NCBI GenBank assembly: GCA_002633005.1
Contig: NMRA01000552.1
Span: 1 to 38,372 of the forward strand
Direction: 5' to 3'
Length of the DNA stretch: 38,372 nt
DNA from: Phoronis australis
Taxonomy: Eukaryota > Animalia > Phoronida
The notes below the pieces were generated by a model. It saw only the letters and a program-made list of their open reading frames with translations. It ran no database searches and had not been told where the DNA came from. Below, piece by piece: positions 36,616 to 38,372 of the stretch. A program made the position numbers and the translations under genes. Position 1 is the stretch's first letter. Every line of letters starts with the position of its first letter.

Positions 36616-36757
36616 TCTATTATATAAAATGCATCGTTTGCACAAATTCCGTCTGTCCCGCTCTACTACAGACCTTCGTTGCGCCCGTTTCGGCACCGTC
36701 TTGGTCCCAGATACTGCCGCACACTATTTCCCCTCGGCGTTTCCCACAAACAGCTAG
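36616..36757 (+). mobile_element. Short Helitron-like element, unit 2 (head-to-tail with unit 1)
   Basis: Begins TCTATTATATAAAATGCATCG immediately after CTAG and ends CAGCTAG|T. Confidence 0.6.
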
Positions 36758-36771
36758 TACCAAATAAACAC

Positions 36772-36922
36772 AGAAAAATCAGGAACCCAACTTGGAATCG
36801 AACCACAGGCCTCTAGATAGCTAGTCTAATTCTTGGGTCCTCAGTAGCTCAGTGGTAAAAGCTCTAGGATGGCAATCTAGAGACCTGAGGTTCGATTCCC
36901 AGTTGGGGTTCCTGGTTTTTCT
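36772..36922. repeat. Inverted pair of tRNA-Ala-derived sequences (SINE-like hairpin)
   Basis: The + strand unit at ~36838-36912 has A box TAGCTCAGTGG, B box GGTTCGATTCC and anticodon loop ATGGCAA, followed by a T5 tract. 36772-36827 is its truncated reverse complement, with loop CTAGCTA (AGC). Confidence 0.75.
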
Positions 36923-38372
36923 ACGTTTCCTTGATAAGAGTTTACAGATCGGTATTGACCACAAAATTTATTAGCATATGATTACCAAATGAAACCCCCA
37001 TGCTGTATTTAAAATGTTTCCAAATTGTATGTGCTTAATATATGAAAAACCAACTTTGTGGTGAAACAAACGAGCCAGTTGAATAACATGTGAATGAAGT
37101 TAAATTAGAATCTGTTTCCATAATTGAAAGGTAGTGTAAACACACACTGTAAACACACACATTTTCGTGTGTTTCCCATGTAAAGGGATAATCAGCATGC
37201 GTTTCTAATGTAAGTGGTCTGAACAGTAAGGCATGATGAAACCAATATTTTTCGAAAAAGTCAAGTAGATTGTCATAAAGTAGTAATTACGCCATACCTA
37301 GTATATTCAAATTTTTAGGACCCTCTTGTTTTTCTCGAAAACCACCTATGGTCAGTTTTGGAGCATATCGTAAGTTGCCCAGTGTTATTGGTAAAAATAC
37401 ATTATTTCAAAAGTTTGACCCAGTTTTCCGAAAGTATATTACTGTGATTGTATTTACACTGTTGGTTGCCCCTAGATACCAAGAAATCTGAAGTCTAAAT
37501 ATCATTAAAGCGGCTACATGTTAATCGCTATCACCCACCAGAAAAGGTTGACCAGCTGACATCTCATGGCTAAAAACAAACGTTTAATATAAATAATATG
37601 AAAGCTGTGTTCAAGCAACATCGGAGCTTTAACGTACTGATGTATTATCTGTTATCAGGTGCTATTTTAATAATGTACACGTTATTTTAAAGACTTAATA
37701 GTCCCTTATAAGGGCCCCGCATTTTGAGAACCGGTTTTCGCCACTGGGTAATGGGCATCAAAATATTTCCCAAAATCCGGGACGACCCCTGTAAATTAAT
37801 GTTTACGACTGTAGTGTAAAAATTAATTTGCTTATTCTATCTAGTTTGCTATCATCTACTCCGCGCATGCGACAGATACTCATTTCAGAACTGAAGAATG
37901 GCATAGAAAACATGCTCTGTGAAGCAAGTCTGACAATTAAATTTTGAGCATTGAGTTATGGTCTGACGCAAGTTGTGGCCACAAGACGAATTTGGAAATT
38001 TTATCCAATTTTACATGTAGAAATCACAAAAGCTGCAGATATGAAAATTATATTTTTGCTAAATCGGTTCCATTCAGCAGGTAGCGAGACTCTCTCGTCC
38101 TCTAATCGGCACCCCAAGAACTACCAAACAATTGTCAAAACCTTGCAAGTTCGCTCAAATAGTGTGGCAATTGAGCCGTGAACCAAACGAGAAGCTGGAA
38201 CGTAAGCACAACCGTAAGCACAACCGCTGCTGCATACTTGTAAGGTGGACATCAGACACCCAGTTGAGCAAACTTATTTATAATGCAACCTCGGAATTCA
38301 TTATGTAACAAATGACGAATGCCACAATAGAGAGCGAATTCTCATGACCTCCAATGGGGGGGGGGGGGGGGG

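Noticed and set aside
36838-36912. Functional tRNA-Ala gene
   Set aside because: The T-stem and acceptor stem have mismatches, a GGC anticodon is atypical for eukaryotes, and an inverted partial twin is attached. It is better explained as a tRNA-derived repeat.

Overview
This is AT-rich, repeat-dense eukaryotic DNA from a draft scaffold, with three N-gaps at 1072-1935, 20950-21039 and 27866-28860. The repeat mix suggests a marine invertebrate, but that is inference. No intact multi-exon host gene, rRNA, CRISPR array or prokaryotic operon is supported. Most of the window is decayed, nested transposons. There are two TTAA-flanked Kolobok-like elements (6082-7793, 8490-13780) carrying a degenerate KolX / P2X7-ballast-like Cys-rich ORF. 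A ~3.5 kb hAT-like cargo element is nested in the second, and a set of CATG-ended MITEs makes 5-bp target duplications (hAT5-like). Also present are a THAP-domain exon, a Tc1 relic, an AcademX-like relic, a head-to-tail Helitron-like dimer, Penelope-like fragments with a hammerhead core, an inverted tRNA-Ala-derived hairpin and a perfect 68-bp palindrome. The least explained items are an intact intronless PHD-finger mini-ORF (17787-18104) behind an E2F/CCAAT-type promoter inside a repeated unit, and tandem decayed SOCS-box-like ORFs carried as transposon cargo. All family assignments come from recognising motifs and termini by eye, not from database searches.
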